DNA of 55,773 nt. It comes from Elsinoe ampelina. Its lineage: Eukaryota. Location of the stretch: assembly GCA_010093995.1 (NCBI GenBank), contig ML992522.1, positions 62,001 to 117,773 of the forward strand, given 5' to 3'. This document shows positions 24,313 to 35,222 of the stretch, piece after piece. Under the pieces are notes generated by a model. The model did no database searches. It had not been told where the DNA came from and saw nothing but the letters and a program-made list of their open reading frames with translations. Both the position numbers and the translations under genes were made by a program. Within the stretch, counting starts at the first letter, position 1. Every line of letters begins with the position of its first letter.

Positions 24313-26613
24313 AAATGACTTCAGGCAGGACGGATTACGCTTAATGAAGGGTGGTGTTCTGTTCATTGCATCGTTCACGGAAGAAGGGGGAAAAGACTCA
24401 TGTCAAAAGTATGGAGGTCCACGTCGTCGTTTCTAGACGAGATTCGTCGTTCAGCGAAGGTGCTTGGTAGTTTCTAATTGATGCGATGGCAGGGCACAAA
24501 TTCCTCGGAATCGCTCGCTATGAGGCCTCAGATAGGCCAGACAATGTATCACTACGACACTCTTTCACACTCTTTGCACCTCGTACATCTTGCCCTGAAT
24601 TTGACACGGCTCGAGACTGGAGCTCTGACACGGTACCGACAATAATAGCCCGTCAATTTGATTGCAACCCTGAAGCTATGCCACTTGATAGACAGGTCTA
24701 GGTTCGCCGATCCGTCCCTTTTACATCAACCTCGGACAACGCGTCTAATCAGAACCGTACGATAGCTCCCTAAACCAAGAACTCGTCCCAAGCAATGTTT
24801 TTTGTCGTTATGCAACTCCTGACCTTGGGGTCGTGCTTGTGGCTCAGCGTGTGGGCAGATCTTGCCGACTTCCAGTGATGTGTCGGCTGTCGTTGAGCGG
24901 CGGCTCTCGAGGACCCGAATTGTATGTTGAGAGATGCCGACGAACGGTCATGGACGGTGAGAGCATCCATTCGGCCGGACTCGATCGTTCGACTCCTGCA
25001 GTTCAAATGCTGTGATACCATCATCAACGTTGACGAGCTTCTCAATTCAGTTTGATCCAATTCCACCTTTGAATTTGCATAAATATCAAGGTTAAAACTC
25101 GAATTTGGCCTCAGGCTAGACGGTCCCTGCCGCAGCCATGTTCGTTTTATCAAAACCATTCATCGGCAACGCGAGTCTGCCGATTGAATGTATCCACCCG
25201 TCCGGCGATTGCGTATCTCGATCTCCTTGCAATCCTTCAAGTGCAGAGATGTCTCATCCGTGGAGGCTGAAATGTAAGGGAAAAACAAGAAGGTTGAGAC
25301 CTCAATCCATCTCCTTGGAGCATCAATACCAGCAGCAAGCTTGAAGCTCGTTCCAATGGCAATTGTATAGAGCATCTTACAGATCGAGTCAATCTCTATG
25401 CTTAAAGAGCAAAGTTCAACCGCATATCTCACACCTTGAGCATGCTCAATCGGAACTTGAAAAATGCCTATCTTGACTACCCGTAAGCTTCATCATCTCA
25501 CAATATGTACAGGCGTCTCGGAAATTTGCGTGGACGCTACCGATGTTATGGGCAGATTTTTGTTTGGTACAGAACGAGCCGACCTCTGCCCCCGCGGAGT
25601 ACAGTACAGTACCACAAACAGAGTCAGGGACAGAGTTTTTCGCTTCCTACTGGCACGGGAAAGACACGCCGATTACCCATTTGTGCCGCATGAGTACCAG
25701 CGTACGGATCTCTCTCAATGGCTGGCGATGCAAAGCCGGTGGCTTCTGACCCAGAAAACCATTCTTCCCAATGGACTCGTATTCGGATCGACCACAGCAC
25801 TGTCCCAATAGCGGATCCAAAGGAGCATCAAGCAGCCCGGCGACTGGAACGTCGAATCCAGAGAACGAGAAACGGGTACATTCCTAGGCGCTTGATGGAC
25901 AGAGAGGCGCACAAAACAGGCCCGATAGCGGCTCTGCAAACACCTCACGCGTCGAATTGACCATTTGACACCAGGGGAGGATCATCAAGCAATCCGGAGG
26001 GATGAAACATAGACGATAAAACCGAATGGTTGCCGGTAGTGCTGCGTAAACTTGAATGGCGAAGTCAAAGCATGCGCCGTTTCGAGGTTGTTGGAAGTGA
26101 ACTGAATCGACGCACACGTGTGATGGCTAAACGACACACCATGCCCAACCACGAACGCGCCCACGAACGACCCCGACTTTGATGGAAGATGCACAATCGC
26201 CTGAACGGTTCCTTCAACTCCCTCAACGGCACGCTCACAATTCTACGTTGGGAACGATAGGGAGCAGACGTCACTCGTTCCCTTGTCAGACATGGCATTT
26301 GACATGATTTGCAAACGTGATTAGCACAACACGGTGGAGGCCTGGATCTACAATGACAAAACCACACATGCCAAAACCCAGCTTCGGTTCGTCCGGACCA
26401 TTATTGCCTCCGCGCGTTTGGGCTCCAGGAAATTGGAATATGCACCCTCTTTTCTTATTACTTCGTAAGCTCCACTCGAGGGCGGTCCCGCGGCATTGCC
26501 ATGTTAGGTCAGCCGCAGAGAGCTCGGACCTCTTCCCGACGACTTTGCCTCACCTGGAACCAAAAATACGAACAGCAACAGGCAATCAGGTCATGGAAGC
26601 AAGACAATAATCA

Positions 26614-28292
26614 ATGTTCGTTGCACGTTGTCAATCGACTGCGAGACAATCAATTCATCCTCTGCGATTGAAAGGGCAGAGACTGGACCGCTGGCGTGCG
26701 GCTGGCTCGCCCACGTCGTCCCCACTCGTGACCAGCTCTTCTCCATCGCTTCCTCTTGGCATCGAGCTGGTTACTCATCGTCAATATTCAAAGCCTACTG
26801 GGACAGGATCAAGGGCTTGCTGTACATCAGCTGTACTTTCGCATCATGGCCGCGTTGCACTGCCCGTGAGAACGACATTGTTCCAGAGGTCAGGGTGCCT
26901 CAATTTCTCTTCAACAACACGTCGTCGAGCATCACCTTCAAGCAACGGCAATGATACTCCTAGCGAGCAGGATGGACAGGTCAGTCGAGAATCTCAAATT
27001 TTCAGACACCAGCATGGGAAGTCTAGGACATTGCCCGGTGCCAACCTTGTAGGAAGACCTACGACTGCTCACCTTTCAGTTGGAAGACTTGAAGGCATTC
27101 AGCACACGCGACACAGGGCCTCTGCCGTCTTGGTCTATATACTCCCCTCGCAACCATGACTTCATCATCCTCTTCTTCATATGCAATCATGGTGCAAGGA
27201 TGTGTTGCTAACATGATGCATAGCCAGGTACCCCACGATCAACCCAACAGATCTCCCAACGAGTGAACGACACGCGTCTAAAGACCAAGGAACTGGCACA
27301 GAAGGTCAAATCATCCTTACCCGGCATCACTTCTCACGAAAATATCTACAATGTACCCAACTTCCTCACCCTTACGCGTCTCGTCGCTGCACCCGCCGTC
27401 GGCTACCTCATCGTCCAAGGAGACTTGAAGTGGGCACTGGGTCTCTTCTTCTACGCTGGTGTCACCGACCTTGTCGATGGGTGGATGGCCAGAAAGTACA
27501 AATTACAGACTGTTGTCGGTAGCGTCATCGACCCAATGGCAGATAAGCTATTGATGACGGTCATGACCATTACATTGGCAGCTCAGGGGCTGATGCCAGG
27601 TAAGCACAACGTTCGCCCAGCAAAAAGCAAATGCGAGATATCACACCGCTTCTATTCTATCCCTGCACGTTACGCCCCTCTCGCTACACATTACCAGACC
27701 ATCATTCCACCCCGCTTCACAATCTGCAAGGTCGCTAACAGACTCCACAGCATACCTGGCGACGCTGATCCTAGGTCGTGACGTTACACTCGCTGTGGCT
27801 GCAATATACTATCGCTTTGCCTCGTTACCTGCACCCAAGACACTCGCCCGGTACTGGGACTTCTCCCTACCTTCTGCACAGGTACATCCTACTACCGTTT
27901 CCAAGTACAACACCTTCCTGCAGCTTCTCCTCATCGGCGCTTCACTGGCGGTCCCTGTCATCGCCGCTGAGCCTGCATTATTTTCGACTCTGCAAGGCCT
28001 TGGAGCCACAACGGCCACCATCGATCAAAGCATTACATACTTTCAGTACCTCGTCGCTGCAACAACGGCTTGGAGCGGACTCAGCTACGCCTTCCTCAAG
28101 GACGCAGTCACGATTCTTGGGACCGACGAGGCACTAAAGCAGAAGCAAGGCAAGAGAGGAAGGGCCATCATTGGCGTTTGCTTTGGTACAGTCGTGGTCG
28201 TATCCGCTTGGCTTGCCCTCTTTCGGGATCAAAAGGCGCCAGTCAAGTACGGGAATGATGCGCAGGAAAAGGTGCCGATTGACGAGACATGA
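26614..28292 (+). CDS. CRD1: Cardiolipin synthase (CDP-alcohol phosphatidyltransferase)
   Basis: Exons 26614-26979, 27224-27599, 27751-28292 join in frame. R/S-rich mitochondrial-presequence-like N-terminus; ENIYNVPNFLTLTR; catalytic motif TDLVDGWMARKY..GSVIDPMADK; ILGRD; YWDFSLPSAQVHPT..SKYNT. Confidence 0.92.
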
Positions 28293-29386
28293 GGTGTACA
28301 ACAGACACACAGTGTCATGACACGATCAACGATACCTCGCTTCCCCACTGTTTCCTTGTCTTCGAGGTCTCGGACCGAGACCTGTTACAGTGTCTCAGGG
28401 CACGGTTTCATGTGTCAAGAGAGACCAGCCCTATGCCTATGTATAGACGGATCTAAATATGGCCATGTGGTAATGTAGCTACTGCCTTGAAACTGTCTTT
28501 CGCATCAAGGCATCTGTTATTCCCGGCTCTCATTGTACAAGTGAATTGCTGCAAACATGGTGCCTGTGAAACCTTGTCTTCGGATATCTCGGCAAAGCGG
28601 ACCGAGAGCCGCAAATCCCTGGGAAGGAGCTTCCGACGACTCTGGTGGGTGGTCGCATTCGAAAGAGCATCATGCCTCACGCTTTATCATGACGAGCTTC
28701 ATCAATGTCTGTCAAGCTTCATGTGAATCTCAAAAAACCATCTTGGACTGTTTTGACGGTCTGTCGAGCCTGGAGAGTGGAGTACCGTCGGCCGGCATGT
28801 GGCGCTCTTTGAGGCAAGATGGCGAGGTTGGAGTTCACGACACTGCCGGCAGCAGCGAGTCGAAGTAAGTATGTTCACAAAGGTCAGTATTGATGGCACA
28901 GGAGAAGGCAAATGACGATGATTAGAGCAGTCCGTCGCACTCGTGCTGATGCTACATGTCCGACTCCTGGCCTTTACTCAAGAGCGGCAATGCTGACTCT
29001 TCACTGGCTACCTCGACACCTATGAAGGCTATGGATCTTGCAGACGGACCACATCTACTGTCTGGAGCCACTCAAGTCACTCGAGAGTGATTACTGAAGC
29101 CTCTGAGGGTGTCTTCCCTCGCTGTCACCTGGATTGGCCTTGCCCCTCCTAGGCCGCCAAGCTGGCCAATCAGCGTCGACCTGGCGTCGACTCAGCCGCA
29201 AGAATTCCACCTCTTCCTCCGACGCGCTGCCCTTCATAACAAAGTTGCACGCCAAAATCCATCCTTCTCTTCTACACCATCCAACGCGCCAACCACCGAC
29301 CACGTCAACCACGCCAAGTCGCATCGATATCGCATCGCATTACTTCTACGACTCCACCCCCGAGCTTCATCATCCACTAAATCGAA

Positions 29387-29969
29387 ATGGCCGGCGGAAA
29401 AGGTATCATACGCGTCGACCTCGGACTATGACAGTCATACTAATGCACCTCTACAGGCAAGACAGGCGGTAAGACCGGAGGCAAGGCCGGCGGCGATGCA
29501 GGCAAGAGCCAGAAATCTCACTCCGCAAAGGCCGGACTACAGGTACGTTGTATCGGTCCTATCGCGTCGACCCCTCCCTCCAGATTCCACGCGTCGCAAA
29601 CCTCGCTCCAACCTCGCTCTCAGTTCCCATATTCTGACTTTTCCTCCTCAGTTCCCCTGCGGCCGTGTCAAGCGTTTCCTCAAATCACAGACCCAAAACA
29701 AGATGCGCGTCGGCGCCAAAGCCGCCGTCTACGTTACCGCAGTCCTCGAGTACCTGACCGCCGAAGTTCTGGAGCTGGCTGGCAACGCCGCCAAGGATCT
29801 CAAGGTCAAGCGCATCACGCCCAGGCACTTGCAGTTGGCTATCCGCGGAGACGAGGAGTTGGATACTCTCATCAGGGCGACGATTGCGTTTGGAGGTGTC
29901 TTGCCGCATATCAACAGGGCTTTGCTGCTCAAGGTGGAGCAGAAGAAGAAGAAGGCTGTTGAGGCGTAA
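29387..29969 (+). CDS. HTZ1: Histone H2A.Z
   Basis: Exons 29387-29402, 29457-29542, 29652-29969 give [84 protein letters not shown], diagnostic for H2A.Z. Confidence 0.97.
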
Positions 29970-30795
29970 AGGACTGGATGCGATACCTTGGTCGAGATGA
30001 TGGTGACGGGGAGCGGGATGTACGAGGGGAGGGAGGAGTGTCGCGCGCGCATCCACCGCGTCGAAGGAGGCGGGGTTGTGCCACGGACTCATCTCATTCG
30101 GAAATCTTCTTGTCGCGGCGGTTCGAGAGACACGGCGTTTGATGCGGGAAACGGAGCACACGTAGTCACGGAACGAAGGGTTTGGCCTTCTACAATCTGC
30201 TCTTTTTTGAGAATCTCCTTTTTTTGGTCTCGAGTCGTTATGTAGTACCACAATGATGTTGAACTTTACTGTCTTCTTGCTTGTGATTCTGTGCTATGCT
30301 AGCCTGACCTGTTCGAGTATGGCGCATGGACGATGGTGTTTCGCCATTCACTCGAGATGTCCCTCCTCACCATCCCACTTCACTGTCTCCTCTGCCGCTC
30401 GTGATCATGTTGTCCTACACCACCTCTTTAACGCCCGCAGCCGGTGCAAGACATGCGATGGACCTTCTCTGACCAGTGACATCCAGCAAAGACCTCGTCC
30501 ATACCCCTATCTCCCTTGCCCCAGCAGGGTCTCCCACTCCCAGATTGCGAGCTCAATCCGTTGAGACCAGACGATACAAGCTGGACCAGTCCCTGACAAA
30601 GCAAAAGACAGAGAAGGCCGGTGGGTCGATCCAATCTGCCATCCTGCCTCTGCCAACTCATGCGCCCCGCCCAGAGTCACGAGGATGCCACATGGCCGTG
30701 AGAACTTGTACAGGTATGTTGGGACCCAATATCCACAAGTCCAGCCCAAAGCAAGCCAACGAGGACCCCCTGGTTGGCAAAGGCAAAGGGGGAAC

Positions 30796-32237
30796 TCAAC
30801 TCGTCCACCTCCCGACCACACACAACCCCCTCGTCACCCCCCTCAACTCCTCCAACGCCCTCGCCACCGCCTCTCCTTGGCCGGCCTCGCTGGCGAACTC
30901 GACGAAGAAGATGTACCGCCACCTGCGCTCGGTGTTCACCCTGCCACCACCACCACCACCTCCAGCATCGCCTCCACTATCGCCTCCACTACCACCCCCA
31001 CTATCGCCTCCACCATCCACCACCCCTGTCACTCCCAAAGCCGAATCACCGTCTGGAGGAGCGAGCGCAGGCGTCGCCAAGCCAGAAGAAGAAGAAGGAG
31101 GAGAAGAAGAAGAAGGATCAGGGTCAGGACGCGTGTACATGCTACTCAGACTCAGGCCTTGTTTCTTGAAAACAGCCAGAGCGTCAGCGAGCGCGCCCGG
31201 GCTGCCGTGGACGGGGACGCGGAAGTGGAGGAGGGTTTTGTGGCGCGCTCGGGCAGGGGTCGTCGGTGGAGAGGCTGGAGATGGATCTGGTGCCGGAGGT
31301 GCATCTGGGTCGGACACGGGGTGGGGTTTGGAACCGTCCTTCTTCTTTCGGGCGAGGACGAAGAATCGAGTCTGGTTGTCGGATCTGTCTTCGATGTTTT
31401 CTCGGAGGATGTCTAGGTTGTTGAGCTCGGCGGCTAGTTTGCTGGCGATGGCGGCTTCGGTGGTTGTGCCGTCTGGGCTTTTGGCTACGAGGGAAGCGAT
31501 CTTGGTGGCGGCTGCTGAGGTTGAGGAGCTGTCGACTTTTTCTGCGTTGGGGAGGGATGAGAGAAGGCCGGTGCATTGTCCCCATGCTTGGGGGTGGGAG
31601 TGGATGACTGTTAGCTTTTGCAGGTCTGGTGCGGGCTGGGAGCGGATTTGTGGTGTTCCGCCTTCGGTCGTGTTGGTCTGTCCGTCACGAAAGCCGGAGG
31701 CGTTGATCTTGAAAGGTCTGCTTGAGGATGATGAGGAGGTGGTTGTGGTAGGGACGAGGCGTCCCATTAAGCAGTGGTGGACGTCGACGAACTGCTCCCC
31801 AATGATGGTGACATCTGGATGAGAGGTCGGTAGGGAGGCGAAGAGGTCGAGAGTAGGCAAGACGGCGCCATTGGATGAGTTCTCGAAAGGGACAACACCG
31901 TACTCCGATTCTCCGTCCTGGACCGATGTGAAGACTGATGCGATGCTTGGAGACGGAACCAGTGTAGCAATAGATGATTGCGGGAATTGTTGCAGGGCAG
32001 CCTGAATCAGTGAGCTTCAGTGTGACAGGCCATGGTGTTCTTTCTTGTATGATGTCGGTCGAGAGGTAGCATCAGGGATGAGGGGCACAAGGGGATATCG
32101 ATGGTCAAACACACGCGGTGCAAGCGACTGGAAACCCTCATTCAACACAGCAGGTAGATTTTTCAATTGATTTCAAAACAACTCACCTGATGTGTATATG
32201 TTGCCTTGGGTCCAAGGTATGCTACTCTGTCTGCCAT
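30796..32237 (-). CDS. PHA2: Prephenate dehydratase (PDT plus ACT domain)
   Basis: Exon 1 at 32237-32187 (MADRVAYLGPKATYTHQ), intron 32002-32186, then YGVVPFENSSNGAV, HSHPQAWGQC, IEDRSDNQTRF, PGALADALAVFK..TRP..WRYIFFVEF. Confidence 0.92.
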
Positions 32238-32667
32238 AATTTCGGTGGCTCTATGGAAATAGTCGTCCTAGATGGTGGAAACTTTTGGTGCCATACTCTC
32301 GGCAAACGATTCAGAATGACGCTCAGGCAAGATAGACCGGAAAAGGGAAGGATTGACACACGAGAGTGTGGTTGATGTCCGTACTTGTGCGAGTGCCACA
32401 AAATATGGAAGTCCGACGTCGCTCGAACTTGTATGTGGGGCTGGCTCAAGCATGTTGAATGAAGCGTGTGGGAACAGTCACACAGGCACGGATGTACAGA
32501 AGTGGATAGCAAGGCAACACATAGAGGTCATACACGAGCGCAAAGTAAATGGCAATTTGGACATCGTGCCCGGACTAGACTACCCCTTCGTCGCCACCAA
32601 AATGTCCATGAGCCAACTCCTCGTCTACCGCCACTTCCGTCAGCGACGCACGCCGACCACCAGACCG

Positions 32668-33083
32668 CTAGTAGCTCATGGTCATGGAGTCACGCAACGG
32701 ACTCGGCGCAAACGGCGGGTGCGTGAGGGAGGATCGCCTGCGCTGCATCGCTATCTCGGTTGGTGTCATGCCGCATGGCTGCTCGTACCAGGGGATCTGA
32801 GCCGATCAGCATGAGTCCACACATCCACGTAGTCGGTAATGCTTACCTGTTCAGGCTGGTTGTCGATCATGGCAATACTTTCACCAAGTGTGGCGGCTTC
32901 CTTTTCGGCGGCTGCTTCAGCAGCGGTCTCCTCCTCGGCGACAGCTCTGACGGCCACATGAACCGTGGCGGGGACAGGAGTGATTTGCTCCTGGGGAAGG
33001 CGGGGTGCAGAATTCTCCTCTTTGACTGAAGGAGAAGGCTTGTCGATTACTTGCACCTCACCATGGGTTGTGGGGGCCGATTG
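32668..33083 (-). other. In-frame stop-codon readthrough extension of eRF1 spanning a 3'UTR intron (32797-32846)
   Basis: TGA CAA TCG context. 79 open codons up to CAG|GTAAGC, a 50-nt intron with CTGAT branch point and CTCAG acceptor, then 42 more open codons to TAG at 32670-32668. Confidence 0.7.
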
Positions 33084-34397
33084 TCAATCGTCGTCATAGA
33101 ACTCATCATCGTCGTCGAAATCGGCCAACTGTTCAAAATTGACTTTGTAGCGCAGGATAGCTCCGATACCACCGAATCCCTTGACGAACTGGTTGCCTTC
33201 GGAGGATCGATCAGAGACGAATTCCAGAGTTGCACCAAAGTCACGGTACTTCTCGGCCAACCATTCGAGGAACGGCATCTGGTCAACCACTTCCATCTCC
33301 TGACCAGTGTCCTTGTCCATGAACATGGAGCGATCCTGTTCTTGCAGCTTGCTAGTGTGGAGGACGACCTCGCTACCGGCAGCAGATTTGAGTGTCCAGC
33401 GGGTGATTTCCAAGTTCTCAAAGACGATGAGGGTCTCGCAAGCGCCGAGCTCAAGGGCCTTGAGCGTATCCTCAATACCGTAGCAGACACGACCGCTATC
33501 CTGAGAAATCTCCTCAAAATACTTGTTGATGAGCTTCTTCTCCTGGATGAACTTGACATTGCTCAGAGTCTCCGATGACAATTCGATGGCTTGGTTGAAG
33601 CCATTCTCACCTCCGTAGGAGACATCGACGACCTTGATGACCTTTGATTGCAGACGCTGATCGAACATGTCGGACATGTTGAGATCGTTTTTGAAATCGG
33701 CACTGCCGGCGAGGATCAAGCCAGCCACGTTGACCTTGTCGTTTGTGATGAAGTTCTGAACAGCCACTTCAGCGACTTTGCGGACGTAGTTATGACGCTT
33801 CTCTTCGCGAAGACGGGCGAAACGCAGAGCTGATTGCCCACCGCGACCGTGCTTCTTTGGTAGATCGACGGTGAACTTCTGCTTGATATCGCGAGTGTTG
33901 CCGCTCAATGTGCCGAACAGAGCGCCGTTACCGTCCATGATGATGAAGCCAAAAGACTGATCGGACTCAAGGAGCTCACTGAGGGCTTCAGTGTGAAACT
34001 TGTTGTCGCACAGGTACAGCGAGGTGTTGATTGGCTTGAAGGGCTCGAAATCGATATTGATCTTCCTCTCTTTTCCTTCGGCGGTGATGACTTCACCACA
34101 GTAGACGACCAGGCCATTGGGAGGAACCTTGGAGTACAACTTGAGACGCTGCTGAGTCGAAGTGATGGCGGACAGGACAGACTGTCTGTTGACGCGTGAT
34201 TTAATGTTGGAGGCAGTGCCGAATTCTTCAGCCAACATTTTGGAGACACGCGAGATCTGATCCTTGGGAGGGATGATGAGAGAAATCATGCTTGTACCGT
34301 TTCCGCGAGCCTGCTCCAGGCGTTTGATGAGCTTTTTGATCTTCCATATTTCGATATTCTTCTCTGCCTCTCCTCCTTGAGGCTGCGCGCTACTCAT
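33084..34397 (-). CDS. SUP45: Eukaryotic peptide chain release factor 1 (eRF1)
   Basis: Intronless 437 aa ORF with GTSMISL, TASNIKS, YLCDNKF, GRGGQS, GFGGIG and an acidic C-terminus; stop TGA. Confidence 0.98.
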   Translation of the reverse strand: MSSAQPQGGEAEKNIEIWKIKKLIKRLEQARGNGTSMISLIIPPKDQISRVSKMLAEEFGTASNIKSRVNRQSVLSAITSTQQRLKLYSKVPPNGLVVYCGEVITAEGKERKINIDFEPFKPINTSLYLCDNKFHTEALSELLESDQSFGFIIMDGNGALFGTLSGNTRDIKQKFTVDLPKKHGRGGQSALRFARLREEKRHNYVRKVAEVAVQNFITNDKVNVAGLILAGSADFKNDLNMSDMFDQRLQSKVIKVVDVSYGGENGFNQAIELSSETLSNVKFIQEKKLINKYFEEISQDSGRVCYGIEDTLKALELGACETLIVFENLEITRWTLKSAAGSEVVLHTSKLQEQDRSMFMDKDTGQEMEVVDQMPFLEWLAEKYRDFGATLEFVSDRSSEGNQFVKGFGGIGAILRYKVNFEQLADFDDDDEFYDDD

Positions 34398-34423
34398 GAT
34401 GGGCGCGGGGCGGTGATGCGCGC

Positions 34424-34500
34424 CTGGTTGTCAGATCTGAGAAGTTCTGGTCAGCAAATGCCGGTGGTGATGAAGAGGGCAGTATGAGACGAACATTTAC
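34424..34500 (-). other. Probable 5'UTR intron of eRF1
   Basis: On the minus strand GTAAAT...CTGAC-AACCAG, ending 26 nt before the ATG. Confidence 0.45.
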
Positions 34501-35222
34501 AAGATGCAACAGTCAGCTCTGACCTGAGACTGGACTGCTGAGGGATTGTGAATGGCAAAGGAACAAAATTGTCAGGCGCCTGAGTGGATGAATGGCTTGG
34601 CGCGGTGTCCTTTCTGCGAGGACCACTGACATCACTCAAAAAAGCGGGCCAATTTCGATTTTGAACCAAATTGATATCCGCAAATTGAATGAACTCGGGC
34701 AGACTTTCACGATCCACAAAAGCTACCCGCAATGATCCCGGAGTTTTGTTGACATGTCCAGACTTGTCATATCAACGGCCTCTATCGACAATCGGATCCT
34801 TTACATGCCCATACCTGTCAACGTAGTCACTTTGTCCACAATGGCATATCCGCGGATCCAATCGGACGAGCAAAAAAAACACCCATGATGCGGGTTAGCG
34901 TAGAGCAATCTCCAACGGACCGAGACGAGCGCCAAAAGAATCTCGTCCCTCGTCTATCGCCGCCAAAACCCATAATAAAACTATGTAGATAAGCTCCTTA
35001 TGCTGCCTCTCTCAGCCTCTGATGTCAAGTTCTTCTTCCTTTGGTGACTTTTCCTTTTGCCGGCCAATCTTGTCGCATACTGTCTTTTCTCCAGCGCCAT
35101 ATTCTATGGATCATGTCTTTGTAATTGACCTTTATTAGCAGGTGGAAAAGTTGCAGACAATAACATCGCGCGGGGTTAGCTTGGCTTCTTGAATCCTCGA
35201 CGTCAACAGTCCTACCTATACC

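Noticed and set aside
25464..25960. Two overlapping short ORFs downstream of the WOPR gene
   Set aside because: No recognisable motif and no clear splice signals joining them. They cannot be supported without expression or homology data.
29109..29651. Apparent long N-terminal extension on H2A.Z in the ORF track
   Set aside because: It runs through promoter and intron sequence. The canonical spliced start at 29387 gives the normal MAGGKGK N-terminus.
30476..31822. 448-codon + strand ORF
   Set aside because: It is mostly antisense to PHA2, starts at GTG, is low complexity and has no domain. Skewed GC-rich codon use explains the lack of stops.
32766..33056. Stand-alone 96 aa gene downstream of eRF1
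   Set aside because: It starts at GTG 27 nt after the eRF1 stop and in the same frame, with no room for a promoter. It is better explained as part of the readthrough extension.
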